Made by a program: the position numbers and the translations under genes. DNA of 64,000 nt, taken from positions 42,544-106,543 of the forward strand of contig JAJDEP010000018.1 in assembly GCA_029259715.1 (NCBI GenBank). Reading direction: 5' to 3'. The notes beneath the pieces are model-generated. The model was given only the letters and a program-made list of their open reading frames with translations. It made no database searches and was not told the origin of the DNA. The stretch is from Planctomycetota bacterium. GTDB taxonomy: Bacteria > Planctomycetota > B15-G4. How positions within the stretch are numbered: the stretch's first letter is position 1; each line of letters starts with the position of its first letter. Positions 9,126-18,338 of the stretch are shown here, piece by piece.

Positions 9126-10280
9126 ATGATCCGCCCGGGAGCCCGCCCCCTGTTCGAGACGCGCCCAAGCACCCTCGGCCGGGCGCTCATCGCCGTGGTC
9201 GCCCTGGCCGCCCTGGCGTGGCGGCCGGCCGCGCCCGACGACCTCCGTCCGGGGGAGTGGAACAAGAACTCCGCCCCGCCCGGCTGGATCGTCATCGAGA
9301 CCAAGCACTACCAGGTCCAGAGCCAGGTCAGCGAGGCCAAGACCCGGGTCCTGGCGGGTCACCTCGAGGAGATGCTCGCGCTCTACCAGGAGATCCTGCC
9401 CTTCCGCAAGCGCATCAAGACTTTCGTGCTGAAGATCTTCGCGACGCGCACGGCCATGCACGCCTACCGGCCCGGCGCGGAAGGGGCGGCGGCCTGGTAC
9501 AGCAAGGGCGAACGGGAGCTGGTCTCCTACGACAGCGGCATCGTCCTGGGCGAGCGCGACATCCCGACCGCCATCCGGCTCGCCCCCGGGCACGCCGACG
9601 GATTCAGCGAAGGCGACAGCGAGCGCCTCCAACAACTCTTCGAGGCCACGGCGGACAGCTACACCTTCGACGTGGCCCGCGTGCTCGCCCACGAAGGCTG
9701 GCACCAGTACTTCCACCACTACACCGTCAGCTGGGTGCCCATGCCGTCGTGGCTCGACGAAGGCCTGGGCGACTACTTCTACACGGCGACGCGCCACGAG
9801 AACGACGAGGGCTACCGCCTCGGCGACATCAACGACCATCGCCTGCGCACGGTGAAGCGCGCCCTCGACACCGGCGCCACGGTGCCCTTCGAGCACATGC
9901 TGCAGTTCGAGCAGGCCGACTACTACACCAACCCGAGCGTCTACTACGCGCAGGGCTGGTCCATGGTGCACTTCCTCATGCAGCACGAGGACGAGGAGTT
10001 CCGCAAGCTCATCCCGCGGCTGATCAAGGACTTCAAGGACAGCAAGAACTTCCGCAAGTCCAGCGAGAAGGTGCTGAAGAAGATCGATCTCGAGGAACTC
10101 GACCGGAATTGGATCCGCTGGCTGCTCGTGACCGAGCCCTACGATCCCCTGCGGGAGTTGGCGCGGGAGTTCGGTGATCGCATCCGGCCCGAAGACCTGC
10201 ACACTCTGTTGTCGTGGCAGCAGGTCTACGCCTGGCACTACGAGCGCCAGGGTTGGTCGTCGATCCGGGCGCCGCGCTGA
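9126..10280 (+). CDS. DUF1570-family putative secreted zinc metallopeptidase
   Basis: N-terminal hydrophobic signal or anchor (ALIAVVALAALAW), an HExxH-like HEGWHQY motif and a downstream DEGLGDYF. Confidence 0.7.
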   Translation: MIRPGARPLFETRPSTLGRALIAVVALAALAWRPAAPDDLRPGEWNKNSAPPGWIVIETKHYQVQSQVSEAKTRVLAGHLEEMLALYQEILPFRKRIKTFVLKIFATRTAMHAYRPGAEGAAAWYSKGERELVSYDSGIVLGERDIPTAIRLAPGHADGFSEGDSERLQQLFEATADSYTFDVARVLAHEGWHQYFHHYTVSWVPMPSWLDEGLGDYFYTATRHENDEGYRLGDINDHRLRTVKRALDTGATVPFEHMLQFEQADYYTNPSVYYAQGWSMVHFLMQHEDEEFRKLIPRLIKDFKDSKNFRKSSEKVLKKIDLEELDRNWIRWLLVTEPYDPLRELAREFGDRIRPEDLHTLLSWQQVYAWHYERQGWSSIRAPR

Positions 10281-10353
10281 GGGCCCCCGGCTGAGAATGC
10301 AGCGGGAGCCGAACCCAGGGCGCTCCGCACGACGAGGCGCGAGGAGGAGAGAA

Positions 10354-10428
10354 TGGAGCGGGTGAACGGATTCGAACCGTCGACAACAACGTTGGCAACG
10401 TTGTGCTCTACCCCTGAGCTACACCCGC
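10354..10428 (-). tRNA. tRNA-Gly (anticodon GCC), CCA encoded
   Basis: The reverse complement folds by hand as a cloverleaf: GCGGGTG TA GCTC AGGGGTA GAGC A CAACG TTGCCAA CGTTG TTGTC GACGG TTCGAAT CCGTT CACCCGC T CCA. Confidence 0.9.
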
Positions 10429-10480
10429 TCTCGGGGTCGGCGGGAATTGTAGTGCTGAAGCCGCGCGGGGCAAGTGGACC

Positions 10481-11656
10481 ATGCTGACCTGGCTCGCCTG
10501 CCGGCTCGCGCCGGCGCTGACGCCCCTCACCGAGGCACCGCCCTGCCCCCCGCCGGAGCCCCACCCGGCCCCGGATCCGGCCACGCGGGCCACCGCCGTC
10601 CTGGCCGAGATGGAAGGCCTGCCCTTCAACCCGGCGGGCCGCTGCAGCCCCGAGCGCTACCTGCTGGGCATGGGCTGCTCCGACCTCACCACCCGGGAGG
10701 CCGACCAGAATCCCGACACGGCCGGCCGCACTCCGAAATATGAGTCCCTGGGCGGATTCGAGCCGGTGGAGATCCCCGGCCACGCCGGGGTGATCCTGCG
10801 CGGCCACCACTCCGTCGGCCCCCCCGGTCAGCCGGTGGTCATCGTCGTCCACGGCATGAACGACTCCCATGTGACCAGCTACGTGGTGGAGCACAGCGAG
10901 GTGCTGCGGCGCATGGGCTTCCATGTCTTCGCCCTCGACATGCGCGACCACGGGTTGTTGCGCGGGAGCGGCCCCCCCCTCTCCATGGGCTTCCACGAGG
11001 GCAAGGACCTGTTCGCGGCGGCGCGCACCCTGTCCCGCCGCGAGGGCGTCTCGGTGGGCATCCTGGGCATCTCGCTGGGCGGACAGTGCGCCGTGCGGGC
11101 GGCCCACGAGGCCACCGAGGCCGGCGAGCCCGAGGTGCTGCGGGGCGGCGTCGCCACCGTGTGCGCCCCGCTCAACGTGCACGAAGCGGTCAATGGCCTC
11201 GACGATCCCTCGCGCCTGCGCCGTGGCGAGACCCTGTTCGACCGCATGATCATGAAGGGCACCCACGACGAGTTGCGACGACACCTGCGCCTGCGAGCGG
11301 TCGAGCGCGACCCCCGGGGGCCGGCCTGCCGTAACTTCGAGTCGTACATCCGGCGGGCGGTGCTGCCGGCCTATCCGGGCGTGCCGCCCATGATGGGCGC
11401 GTTCCTGGGCATGGCCCGCTGCACCCAGGAATCGGTGCTCGGCGCCGTGGCCGTGCCGACGTTCATCCTGCACTCGGAGGACGACCCGCTGGTGTCGGTG
11501 ATCCACGCCGAGCAGGCGGCCACCGCCGCGGCCGGCAATCCCCTGGTGGGCGTGCGCATCGTGCCCAAGGGCGGACACGTCGCCCTCGGCTACGAGGACC
11601 CCCAGGGCTACCTCGGGATGATCACCCACTGGTTCGGACGCCTGGCCGACGGATGA
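10481..11656 (+). CDS. alpha/beta hydrolase (YheT-like)
   Basis: 391 aa. Nucleophile elbow GISLGG, and HSEDDPLV and GGHVA near the C-terminus. Confidence 0.7.
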   Translation: MLTWLACRLAPALTPLTEAPPCPPPEPHPAPDPATRATAVLAEMEGLPFNPAGRCSPERYLLGMGCSDLTTREADQNPDTAGRTPKYESLGGFEPVEIPGHAGVILRGHHSVGPPGQPVVIVVHGMNDSHVTSYVVEHSEVLRRMGFHVFALDMRDHGLLRGSGPPLSMGFHEGKDLFAAARTLSRREGVSVGILGISLGGQCAVRAAHEATEAGEPEVLRGGVATVCAPLNVHEAVNGLDDPSRLRRGETLFDRMIMKGTHDELRRHLRLRAVERDPRGPACRNFESYIRRAVLPAYPGVPPMMGAFLGMARCTQESVLGAVAVPTFILHSEDDPLVSVIHAEQAATAAAGNPLVGVRIVPKGGHVALGYEDPQGYLGMITHWFGRLADG

Positions 11657-12102
11657 GCGCCAGGGCCCCCAGGCCATCGATCCTGATCGTGTGCACCGGC
11701 AATTCGGCGCGGAGCCAGATGGCCGAGGCGCTCCTGCGCCACCGTGCCGGCGACACGCTGGAGGTCCTGTCGGCCGGCACCGCGCCGGCTCGCGAAGTGC
11801 ACCCGCTGGCGGTGGAGGTCATGGCCGAGCAGGGCCTCTCCCTGCACGGTCAGCACCCCAAGACCCTCGACGCGGTCATGCACGCTCGGGGCGGCCGACC
11901 GGTCGACCTGGCCGTCACCGTCTGCGGCCACGCCCGGGAGACCTGCCCGCACGTCGCCGGCGCCCGCACGCAGATCCACATCGGCTTCGACGACCCGGCC
12001 GCCGCCCCGGGCGACGACGACGCGCAGCGCGCCGTGTTCCGTCGGGTGGCCGCGGAGATCGAAGCGCGACTCGACGAGATGCTGGCGGCCCTCCCGGACT
12101 GA
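11653..12102 (+). CDS. arsC: arsenate reductase / low-molecular-weight phosphotyrosine phosphatase family
   Basis: CTGNSARS P-loop (CX5R-S) and a downstream VTVCG...CP cysteine pair. ATGA overlap with the upstream gene. Confidence 0.8.
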   Translation: MSARAPRPSILIVCTGNSARSQMAEALLRHRAGDTLEVLSAGTAPAREVHPLAVEVMAEQGLSLHGQHPKTLDAVMHARGGRPVDLAVTVCGHARETCPHVAGARTQIHIGFDDPAAAPGDDDAQRAVFRRVAAEIEARLDEMLAALPD

Positions 12103-12134
12103 GCCTCCCGGCCCTTGCCCCGGCGCCCGCGGAC

Positions 12135-12986
12135 TCAGCGGCGCGCGGCCCGCCGGCTTTCGTTGCGCCCCATGGCCGGGAAGTCGAGCAGGCGCGCGCC
12201 CCGGTCCGGTGACCGCGCGCCGGCGATGGCGCAGCGCACGTCGGCCTTGGCCCGGCGCACGGCGTCCCGCAGCGCGGCGCCGAGGGCCAGGTGCACCGCG
12301 AGGGACGTCGACAGGGCGCACCCCGTGCCGTGCACCGCCCGTCGGTCGGCCACACGCGGCGACGCGAAGCGGCGCACGCCACGGTCGTCGGCCAGCGTGT
12401 CGACGGCGGACGCGCCGGCGCCGTGCCCGCCGGTGAGCAACACCGCTCCGGGTCCAAGCACCCGCAAGGCCTCAGCAGCCGCCCCGGGATCCCGGGCCAC
12501 CGCCGCGCGGTCGAGGCCCAGCAACACAGCCGCCTCGTCGATGTTGGGGGTGATCAGGTCGGCGCAGGGCAGCAACCGCTCGATCAACACGGGCACGTCG
12601 CCGGGACGCAGCAGCGCGACGCCGCCCGACGACCGGAGCACCGGATCGAGAACCACGGGACAGGCCAGATCCGCCAACCCTTCAGCCAGCGCCTCGATGC
12701 CGGCGGCGTCCGGAATCATGCCGAGCTTGAGCGCCGCGGGGCGCAACTGCTGCCGCACGACGCGCAGTTGTTCCGCCACCACATCCGCCGGCAGCGCGTG
12801 GACGGCGCCGACACCGGCCGGCCCCTGCACCGTGATGGCCGTGGGGATGCCCGCGCCGTGCAGCCCGTAGCTCGCGATGACCGCGAGGTCGCCTTGCAGG
12901 CCCGCCCCGCCCGAAGGATCGCTGCCGGCCACGGTGGCGACCACGAGCGGCCGTGCCTCTGCGCCGCGGCGGCGGGCGGGGGTCAT
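12135..12986 (-). CDS. thiD: hydroxymethylpyrimidine/phosphomethylpyrimidine kinase
   Basis: AGSDPSGGAGLQGDL and HGTGCALS motifs. 283 aa. Confidence 0.85.
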   Translation of the reverse strand: MTPARRRGAEARPLVVATVAGSDPSGGAGLQGDLAVIASYGLHGAGIPTAITVQGPAGVGAVHALPADVVAEQLRVVRQQLRPAALKLGMIPDAAGIEALAEGLADLACPVVLDPVLRSSGGVALLRPGDVPVLIERLLPCADLITPNIDEAAVLLGLDRAAVARDPGAAAEALRVLGPGAVLLTGGHGAGASAVDTLADDRGVRRFASPRVADRRAVHGTGCALSTSLAVHLALGAALRDAVRRAKADVRCAIAGARSPDRGARLLDFPAMGRNESRRAARR

Positions 12987-13687
12987 CGCAGGCCGACCGT
13001 CGAGAGCACGTCGAGGGCCATGCGCAGCATCGCCACGTCGGGCACAGGGGAAACGTCGAGGGCGCTGGGCAGGCCGCGCGGGAGGTTCGCCGCGACCGCG
13101 CTGAAGTCGACCTCCCCCAGACCCGGCGGCAGCCCGCGCTCGTCACCCGCGAGGTCGTCGAGCGAGGCCCCCACCAGCCAGCGGCCCACGCCGTCCAGCC
13201 AGGTCGCATCGCGGACGCCCGCGCGGTGGACCCGCGACGGAACGTGCCAGTAGCCGAGGCCCGAGGCATTCAGGTCCTCGAACAGCAAGCGCAGGTTCTC
13301 GAGGCCGGCCAGCGGTCCCTGCTCGGGGGTCGCGACCGCGAGGGCGAGTCCCGGCGTGCGGCGACCCAGGGCGTGCAACGTGCGACACGCGTCCGGCAGG
13401 TCGAGATCGGCGGGCAGCTCGATGACCAGCCGCGGGCTGCGCGTCCGGGCGGCGAGGGCCAGCCCCGTGTCGAGGGCGGCGAGCGACGCCCGCACCGCGC
13501 TCGCCTTCAGACCGTCGAGAGCCGCCGGGTTCGGGGCCGAGTGTTCGATATCGCCCACGACGAGCAGGACCTCGTCGAGACCCACCGCCTGGAGCGCATC
13601 GCGGATGGCCAGGCCATCGAGTCGAGCCGGTCCGAGACATCCGGTCGCGAGGATCAAGCAGGGGCCTCCAACAGCGCCAGCGTGCAC
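12983..13687 (-). CDS. hypothetical protein, possibly a xylose-isomerase-like TIM-barrel (sugar phosphate isomerase/epimerase fold)
   Basis: 234-aa ORF with non-shadow composition. Its stop overlaps the thiD start (ATGA). PPGLGEVDFSAV resembles the C-terminal part of AP_endonuc_2-type barrels. The assignment is weak. Confidence 0.45.
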   Translation of the reverse strand: MHAGAVGGPCLILATGCLGPARLDGLAIRDALQAVGLDEVLLVVGDIEHSAPNPAALDGLKASAVRASLAALDTGLALAARTRSPRLVIELPADLDLPDACRTLHALGRRTPGLALAVATPEQGPLAGLENLRLLFEDLNASGLGYWHVPSRVHRAGVRDATWLDGVGRWLVGASLDDLAGDERGLPPGLGEVDFSAVAANLPRGLPSALDVSPVPDVAMLRMALDVLSTVGLR

Positions 13688-13735
13688 CGGGTAAGAGGGT
13701 CGTTCGCGGAAAACGGGAAACCCAGGAGAATACCC

Positions 13736-15064
13736 ATGAACTGCACCACCCTACCCACGGTCTGCACCGGCCTCATCGGTCTCGTGCTCTCCGCCGGCGC
13801 CCTCGCCCAGTCCGACGACTCGGCCAACGAGCAGTTCTGGGTCGGGGTCACCGACGCCGACGACGACGGGGCCGCCCAATTGCTCATGCTCCCCGGTGAC
13901 GACGAGAACGGCTTCACCTTCTTCAGTCCCGACGAGATCAACATCCAAGGGGCCCGGGCCGGCGGCAACGTCTTCTTCTCCCGCGCCGACGGCCCCAAGC
14001 TGGGCGTCACCGTGGAAGCGACCGAGGACGGCGTCATCGTCAAGTCGGTGATGGACGATTCGCTGGCTTCCGGAGCGGGCGTGAATGCCGGCGACCTGAT
14101 CCTGTCCATCGACAAGAACCGCATCCACGAGATCGGTGACATCGGCGCCGCCCTGGCCCACAGCCCTCCCGGGAGCTCGGTGGCCATCAAGGTCGTGCGC
14201 AAGGGCGAGGGCGTCGTGAAGTTGAAGGGCGCGCTGCCCCATCCCGCCACTGCCGACGCCCCGCACGGTCGGGCGCACCTGCCGTCCGGCAGCGGCGGAC
14301 CGGTGCTCGGCGTCAGCCTGAGCGAGCACGACGGGGGCGTCATCATCACGGGTGTCTTCGACGACACGGGCGCGTGGTTCGCGGGCATCGAGAAGGGCGA
14401 CGTGCTGACGTCCATCGACGGCCACGAGGTGGGTACGCCCGACGACGTCATCAAGGTCATAGGTGAGCACGAGACGGGTGACTTCGTCACGTTGGCCTTC
14501 GAGCGGGACGGCAAAGGCCTCAAGCGCCGCGCCCGCCTGGGTCGTCGCTCCGGCGCCGGTCAGGGCTTCTCCAACCTGTTCACCCTGCCCCACGCGGCCC
14601 CGGACTCCGGCGCGGCCACCGGCATGCGCTTCGCCGTCCCGCGCGGGCACTTGGACAGGGGCGACCTGATGCGTCGCGTGCCGCAGAGGCTCAACGCGAA
14701 CAAGGGCCTCAAGCTCCGCAACGACGCCCTCCAGGGGATGCTCAAGCGCCACGGCGATGCCGACGCCCGGCACTTCGATCTCGACGGCATGCTCGAGTGG
14801 ATGGAAGAGATGCAGCCCGGCGACAACCACCACGACGTGCGCATCCACATCGAGGATGGCGTCATGACCATCGAACGCGACGGCGAGGTCGAGACCTACG
14901 AGGTCGAGGACGACGTCGGCAGCGACAACATCTTCATGCACATGCCCCGCCCGCGGCACAGCGGTGGTGAGCATGATCATGACGACGACCACGATGAGCA
15001 TGACAGCGACGACGATGGCGATTCCAACGGCTTCGAGCGGGTCAGCGACAACGACGAGGTCTGA
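13736..15064 (+). CDS. secreted tandem-PDZ protein with a His/Asp-rich C-terminal tail
   Basis: Trimmed from track ORF 12953..15064 to MNCTTLPTVCTGLIGLVLSAGALAQ (signal peptide). It has two PDZ-like modules (GVIVKSVMDDSLASGAGVNAGDLILSID and GVIITGVFDDTGAWFAGIEKGDVLTSIDG). The tail reads HSGGEHDHDDDHDEHDSDDDGD. Confidence 0.7.
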   Translation: MNCTTLPTVCTGLIGLVLSAGALAQSDDSANEQFWVGVTDADDDGAAQLLMLPGDDENGFTFFSPDEINIQGARAGGNVFFSRADGPKLGVTVEATEDGVIVKSVMDDSLASGAGVNAGDLILSIDKNRIHEIGDIGAALAHSPPGSSVAIKVVRKGEGVVKLKGALPHPATADAPHGRAHLPSGSGGPVLGVSLSEHDGGVIITGVFDDTGAWFAGIEKGDVLTSIDGHEVGTPDDVIKVIGEHETGDFVTLAFERDGKGLKRRARLGRRSGAGQGFSNLFTLPHAAPDSGAATGMRFAVPRGHLDRGDLMRRVPQRLNANKGLKLRNDALQGMLKRHGDADARHFDLDGMLEWMEEMQPGDNHHDVRIHIEDGVMTIERDGEVETYEVEDDVGSDNIFMHMPRPRHSGGEHDHDDDHDEHDSDDDGDSNGFERVSDNDEV

Positions 15065-15109
15065 GGCCCACTCCGACGATCGGTTTCGCTGCCCCCGGCG
15101 AGCCGAGGC

Positions 15110-15754
15110 CTAGTCGATCGCTCCCACGCCCGGCGGCGGACGTTCACCGTCCTCGCCGGGCGTGCTGCTTGCCTGCGACCGGGTCGCCGATGCATTGCCA
15201 TCCACGGGCCCGTCTGCTCTGGGCCCGTCTGCTCTGGGCCCGTCTGCTCTGGGCACGTCTGCTCTGGGCACGTCTGCTCTGGGCACGTCTGCTCTGGGCC
15301 CGCCGTCCCTGGGCCCGCCGTCCCCGAAACCGCCGACTGGCGGCTCGTCCGATGTCATCATCGCCTCGGCGAGGCGCGCGAAGGCCGAGGCCGCATGCTC
15401 CGCCCGGGGGCCGCGCAGGGGCGCGAGGTCGTCGAGCCTGAGCAAGGCATAGCGGTCGGCGGGGTCGAGACGGTTGAAGGCCCGGGCCACGGGCTCGAGG
15501 TCGTCGCCCGGGAGCGGCCGCAACACCGGTCGTCCCAGGGGCACGAGCCGCCGGGCCGCCAGCGTGCAGATGTCGGTCCCGGCATCGCGGGCGCGATCGT
15601 TGTCGACGAGCCGGCGGCGATAGCGCCGACCCACCCGCTCCCAGATCGCCTGGCAGCCCTCGACCCCCGCCCGGATCCAGCGTTCGGGATCGTCGATGGC
15701 ATCGAGCGTGTCCCGCGACGCGAGACGCGAGGGAATTGGCGACCGATCGACCAA
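15110..15754 (-). CDS. hypothetical protein with C-terminal PRAD[V/G] pentapeptide repeats
   Basis: This is the best of three overlapping minus-strand frames; the other two are Arg/Pro-rich. The N-terminal half has ordinary composition and faint ECF-sigma-like stretches, but no HTH. Confidence 0.45.
   Translation of the reverse strand: MVDRSPIPSRLASRDTLDAIDDPERWIRAGVEGCQAIWERVGRRYRRRLVDNDRARDAGTDICTLAARRLVPLGRPVLRPLPGDDLEPVARAFNRLDPADRYALLRLDDLAPLRGPRAEHAASAFARLAEAMMTSDEPPVGGFGDGGPRDGGPRADVPRADVPRADVPRADGPRADGPRADGPVDGNASATRSQASSTPGEDGERPPPGVGAID
15206..15325. repeat. 8 x 15-bp tandem repeat (3x gggcccgtctgctct, 3x gggcacgtctgctct, 2x gggcccgccgtccc[t/c])
   Basis: Read directly from the sequence. 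It is in frame inside CDS 15110..15754. Confidence 0.95.
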
Positions 15755-15909
15755 GAGTGACCTCCGAGGTGTGCCGGCGGGGAGACGCCTGTGGCACGGG
15801 ACCGGAGGAATGACGTCGCCGCGCTCGGGAAATCACTCCCCGACACGAAAGCGCCCGGATTCAGCGCCGCGGCCGCACGACCTTGCGGACGGACAGCACG
15901 CGATGACGC

Positions 15910-17349
15910 TCAGACGCGGATGTCGCCGCGACCGGCGGGGATCTCGTCGGCATGGGCCGCCAGGACCGGATCGACGTCTTCAGCCAGGAACTCGTCGACC
16001 TGCTGGGGCGCCCGCCCGACGAAGCCGGTCGGGTCGCACAGCTCGTCGAGCCGGTCGGCCACCGAGGCGAACAGCGGGTCGGCGGCGACGCGGGCCAGCA
16101 TGTCGTTGTCGAGGCCTTCCTGCTTGACCCGCTGACCCGCCGCGACGCTGTGGACGCGGATGGCCTCGTGCAGCTCCTGCCGGTCGCCGCCGGCCTTCAC
16201 GGCCGCCATGAGGATCGTCTCGCTGGCCATGAAGGGCAGCTCCTCGGTCAGGTGCCGCGCCACGACCTTGGGATTGCAGACCAGTCCGCTGGTGACGTTG
16301 AGCACGAGCTGCAGGATGGCGTCGGCGGCGAGGAAGGCCTCGGTCACGGCGAGGCGCCGGTTGGCCGAGTCGTCGAGCGTGCGCTCGAGCCACTGGTTGG
16401 CCGCGGTCTCGGCCGGATTGAACGGCAGGGCGGCGAGGAACCGGTTGAGCGCGCAGATCCGCTCGCAGCGCATGGGGTTGCGCTTGTAGGGCATGGCCGA
16501 GCTGCCGATCTGCTCCGCCTCGTAGGGCTCCTCGATCTCTTTCAGGTGGCTCAGCAGACGGATGTCGGTGGCCATCTTGGCGGCGCTCTGCCCGATGCCG
16601 GCCAGCGCCGTGAGCACCGTGTAGTCCTGCTTGCGCGTGTAGGTCTGGCCCGTGATCGACCAGCGCCGGGTGAAGCCCATGCGCTCGGTGACCATGACGT
16701 CGAGGCGCCGCACCTTGTCGTGATCGCCCTCGAACAGCTGCAGGAAGCTGGCCTGGGTGCCGGTGGTGCCCTTCACACCCCGGAAGCGCAACTGCTCGCT
16801 GGTGGCGACCAGCCGGTGCCAGTCGTCGAGCAGGTCCTGCAACCACAGGCAGGCGCGCTTGCCCACGGTGGTGGGTTGGGCCGGCTGGAAGTGGGTGTAG
16901 CCCAGCGTCGGTTCGTCGCGCCACCTGCGCGCGAAGGCCGCCAGGGCGGCCATGGAGGCCAGCAGCGGGCCGCGCAGCAGCTGCAACCCGTCGCGCATCT
17001 GCAACAGCTCGCTGTTGTCGGTGACGAAGCAGCTCGTGGCCCCGAGGTGGATGATGGCCCGGGCCTCGGGGGCCTGGTCACCGAGGGTGTGCACGTGGGC
17101 CATGACATCGTGGCGCAGGCGCTGCTCGTGGACCCGGGCCGCCTCGAAATCGGTGTCGTCGAGGTGCGCGGCCAGCGCGTCCACCTGGGCCTGGGTGATG
17201 TCGAGGCCCAGCTCGCGCTCGCAATCGGCCAGGGCCAGCCACAGCCGGCGCCAGTGGCCGATGCGCACGGCGTCCGAGAAGTTCCGGCGCATGCCCTCGC
17301 TCGCGTAGCGCGTTCCGAGCGGCGAGACGTAGGCGGTGGGGTCGGACAT
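15910..17349 (-). CDS. purB: adenylosuccinate lyase
   Basis: 479 aa. Fumarate-lyase signature GSSAMPYKRNP, plus the THFQPAQPTTVGKR motif. Confidence 0.95.
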   Translation of the reverse strand: MSDPTAYVSPLGTRYASEGMRRNFSDAVRIGHWRRLWLALADCERELGLDITQAQVDALAAHLDDTDFEAARVHEQRLRHDVMAHVHTLGDQAPEARAIIHLGATSCFVTDNSELLQMRDGLQLLRGPLLASMAALAAFARRWRDEPTLGYTHFQPAQPTTVGKRACLWLQDLLDDWHRLVATSEQLRFRGVKGTTGTQASFLQLFEGDHDKVRRLDVMVTERMGFTRRWSITGQTYTRKQDYTVLTALAGIGQSAAKMATDIRLLSHLKEIEEPYEAEQIGSSAMPYKRNPMRCERICALNRFLAALPFNPAETAANQWLERTLDDSANRRLAVTEAFLAADAILQLVLNVTSGLVCNPKVVARHLTEELPFMASETILMAAVKAGGDRQELHEAIRVHSVAAGQRVKQEGLDNDMLARVAADPLFASVADRLDELCDPTGFVGRAPQQVDEFLAEDVDPVLAAHADEIPAGRGDIRV

Positions 17350-17432
17350 GGGGCGCCGATTCTAGCGATTCGAGCCGCCCCGCGGCGGACCGCGCGCCCC
17401 CACCGGCGAGGCTCGCAAGGAGCGGGCGCCCC

Positions 17433-17888
17433 TCAGGTGGCGGCGATGGCGCTGGCCAGGGCCACCACGAACACCACCGCCCCCCGCCGCACGAGGGCGG
17501 ACGGCTGGGCGAAGGCCCAGGGCACGCCGAAGGCGCCCACCGTGTTGGTGACCACGTCCCAGCCCGACGGCACGCGACCGGGGATCGATCCTTGATGCCA
17601 CTCGAGGCCGGCGCCGTAGGCCACCGCGACAAGGCTGGCCCACAACCAGGGCGGGGTCGCCGCCGCGCGCTCGCCCGGACGTCGCACCGCGCGGTCGAGC
17701 AGCGCCGCCTCGAACCCGAACAGCACCGCGTGGGCCAGGTTGTAGAGGTAGGGCATGAACCAGTACCACGGTTCGGGCTTCACCCGGCCGCCAGCCACCA
17801 GCTCGAACACGAGCCAGGTCCACAGCCCGAACAGCAGCCACGCCGCCGGTTGCGGCAGGAAGGCGAGCAGGCCGCGACGTTCACTCAA
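17433..17888 (-). CDS. VanZ-like membrane protein
   Basis: 151 aa with four hydrophobic segments and a VanZ-like pattern (LYNLAHAVLFG...EWHQG). Confidence 0.55.
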   Translation of the reverse strand: MSERRGLLAFLPQPAAWLLFGLWTWLVFELVAGGRVKPEPWYWFMPYLYNLAHAVLFGFEAALLDRAVRRPGERAAATPPWLWASLVAVAYGAGLEWHQGSIPGRVPSGWDVVTNTVGAFGVPWAFAQPSALVRRGAVVFVVALASAIAAT

Positions 17889-17911
17889 CCGTCGGCCGTC
17901 CCGGTTCTGCG

Positions 17912-18331
17912 TCAGGACTCGGGGTCGAGGCGTCGCAGCATCGACACCCGGGTGCCGCCCGAGCGGTAGACCTTCACCCGCACGTAGTCCATGAGCTGAT
18001 TCATGAGCTGGAACCCGCGCCCGCGCTCGCTCTCGTGATCGGGCTCGAAGGCCACGCCGAGGGGCGTCTTGTCGGAGCCCGCGTCCCGCAGGGAGAGCAG
18101 CAGGAAGGTCGGCGAGAAGCGGATGCGCACCTCCAGGCGACCCGAGCCCCCCGAGCCGTGCTCGAGGGCGTTGTCGAGGGCCTCACCAAAGGCCAGCACG
18201 ATGCCGCGCACCTCCTTGTCGGGCAGGGAGTGGTCGGTGAGGAACGAGGTCAGCTGCACACGCAGGGCGCGCACCGGTTCGGGCGACCCATCCATGATGA
18301 GCGTGCGATGCAGGCTGGAGGTCTCGCTCAT
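17912..18331 (-). CDS. anti-sigma regulatory factor-like Ser/Thr kinase (HATPase_c_2, RsbW/SpoIIAB-like)
   Basis: GEALDNALEHG (N-box-like), RDAGSD, and ERGRGFQLMNQLMD (G-box-like). The start is set at MSETSS to avoid overlap with nadC. The alternative start is 18364. Confidence 0.6.
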   Translation of the reverse strand: MSETSSLHRTLIMDGSPEPVRALRVQLTSFLTDHSLPDKEVRGIVLAFGEALDNALEHGSGGSGRLEVRIRFSPTFLLLSLRDAGSDKTPLGVAFEPDHESERGRGFQLMNQLMDYVRVKVYRSGGTRVSMLRRLDPES

Positions 18332-18338
18332 GGCCGGC

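Noticed and set aside
10354-10428. tRNA-Gly, and likewise tRNA-Thr at 54692-54766, as integration sites of genomic islands.
   Set aside because: There is no integrase, no phage or plasmid genes, and no duplicated tRNA 3' end that I could spot nearby. The flanking genes are ordinary metabolic or membrane genes.
15206-15325. The tandem repeat array as a possible CRISPR array.
   Set aside because: The units are only 15 bp, directly abutting with no spacers. They are in frame within a CDS, and there are no cas genes.
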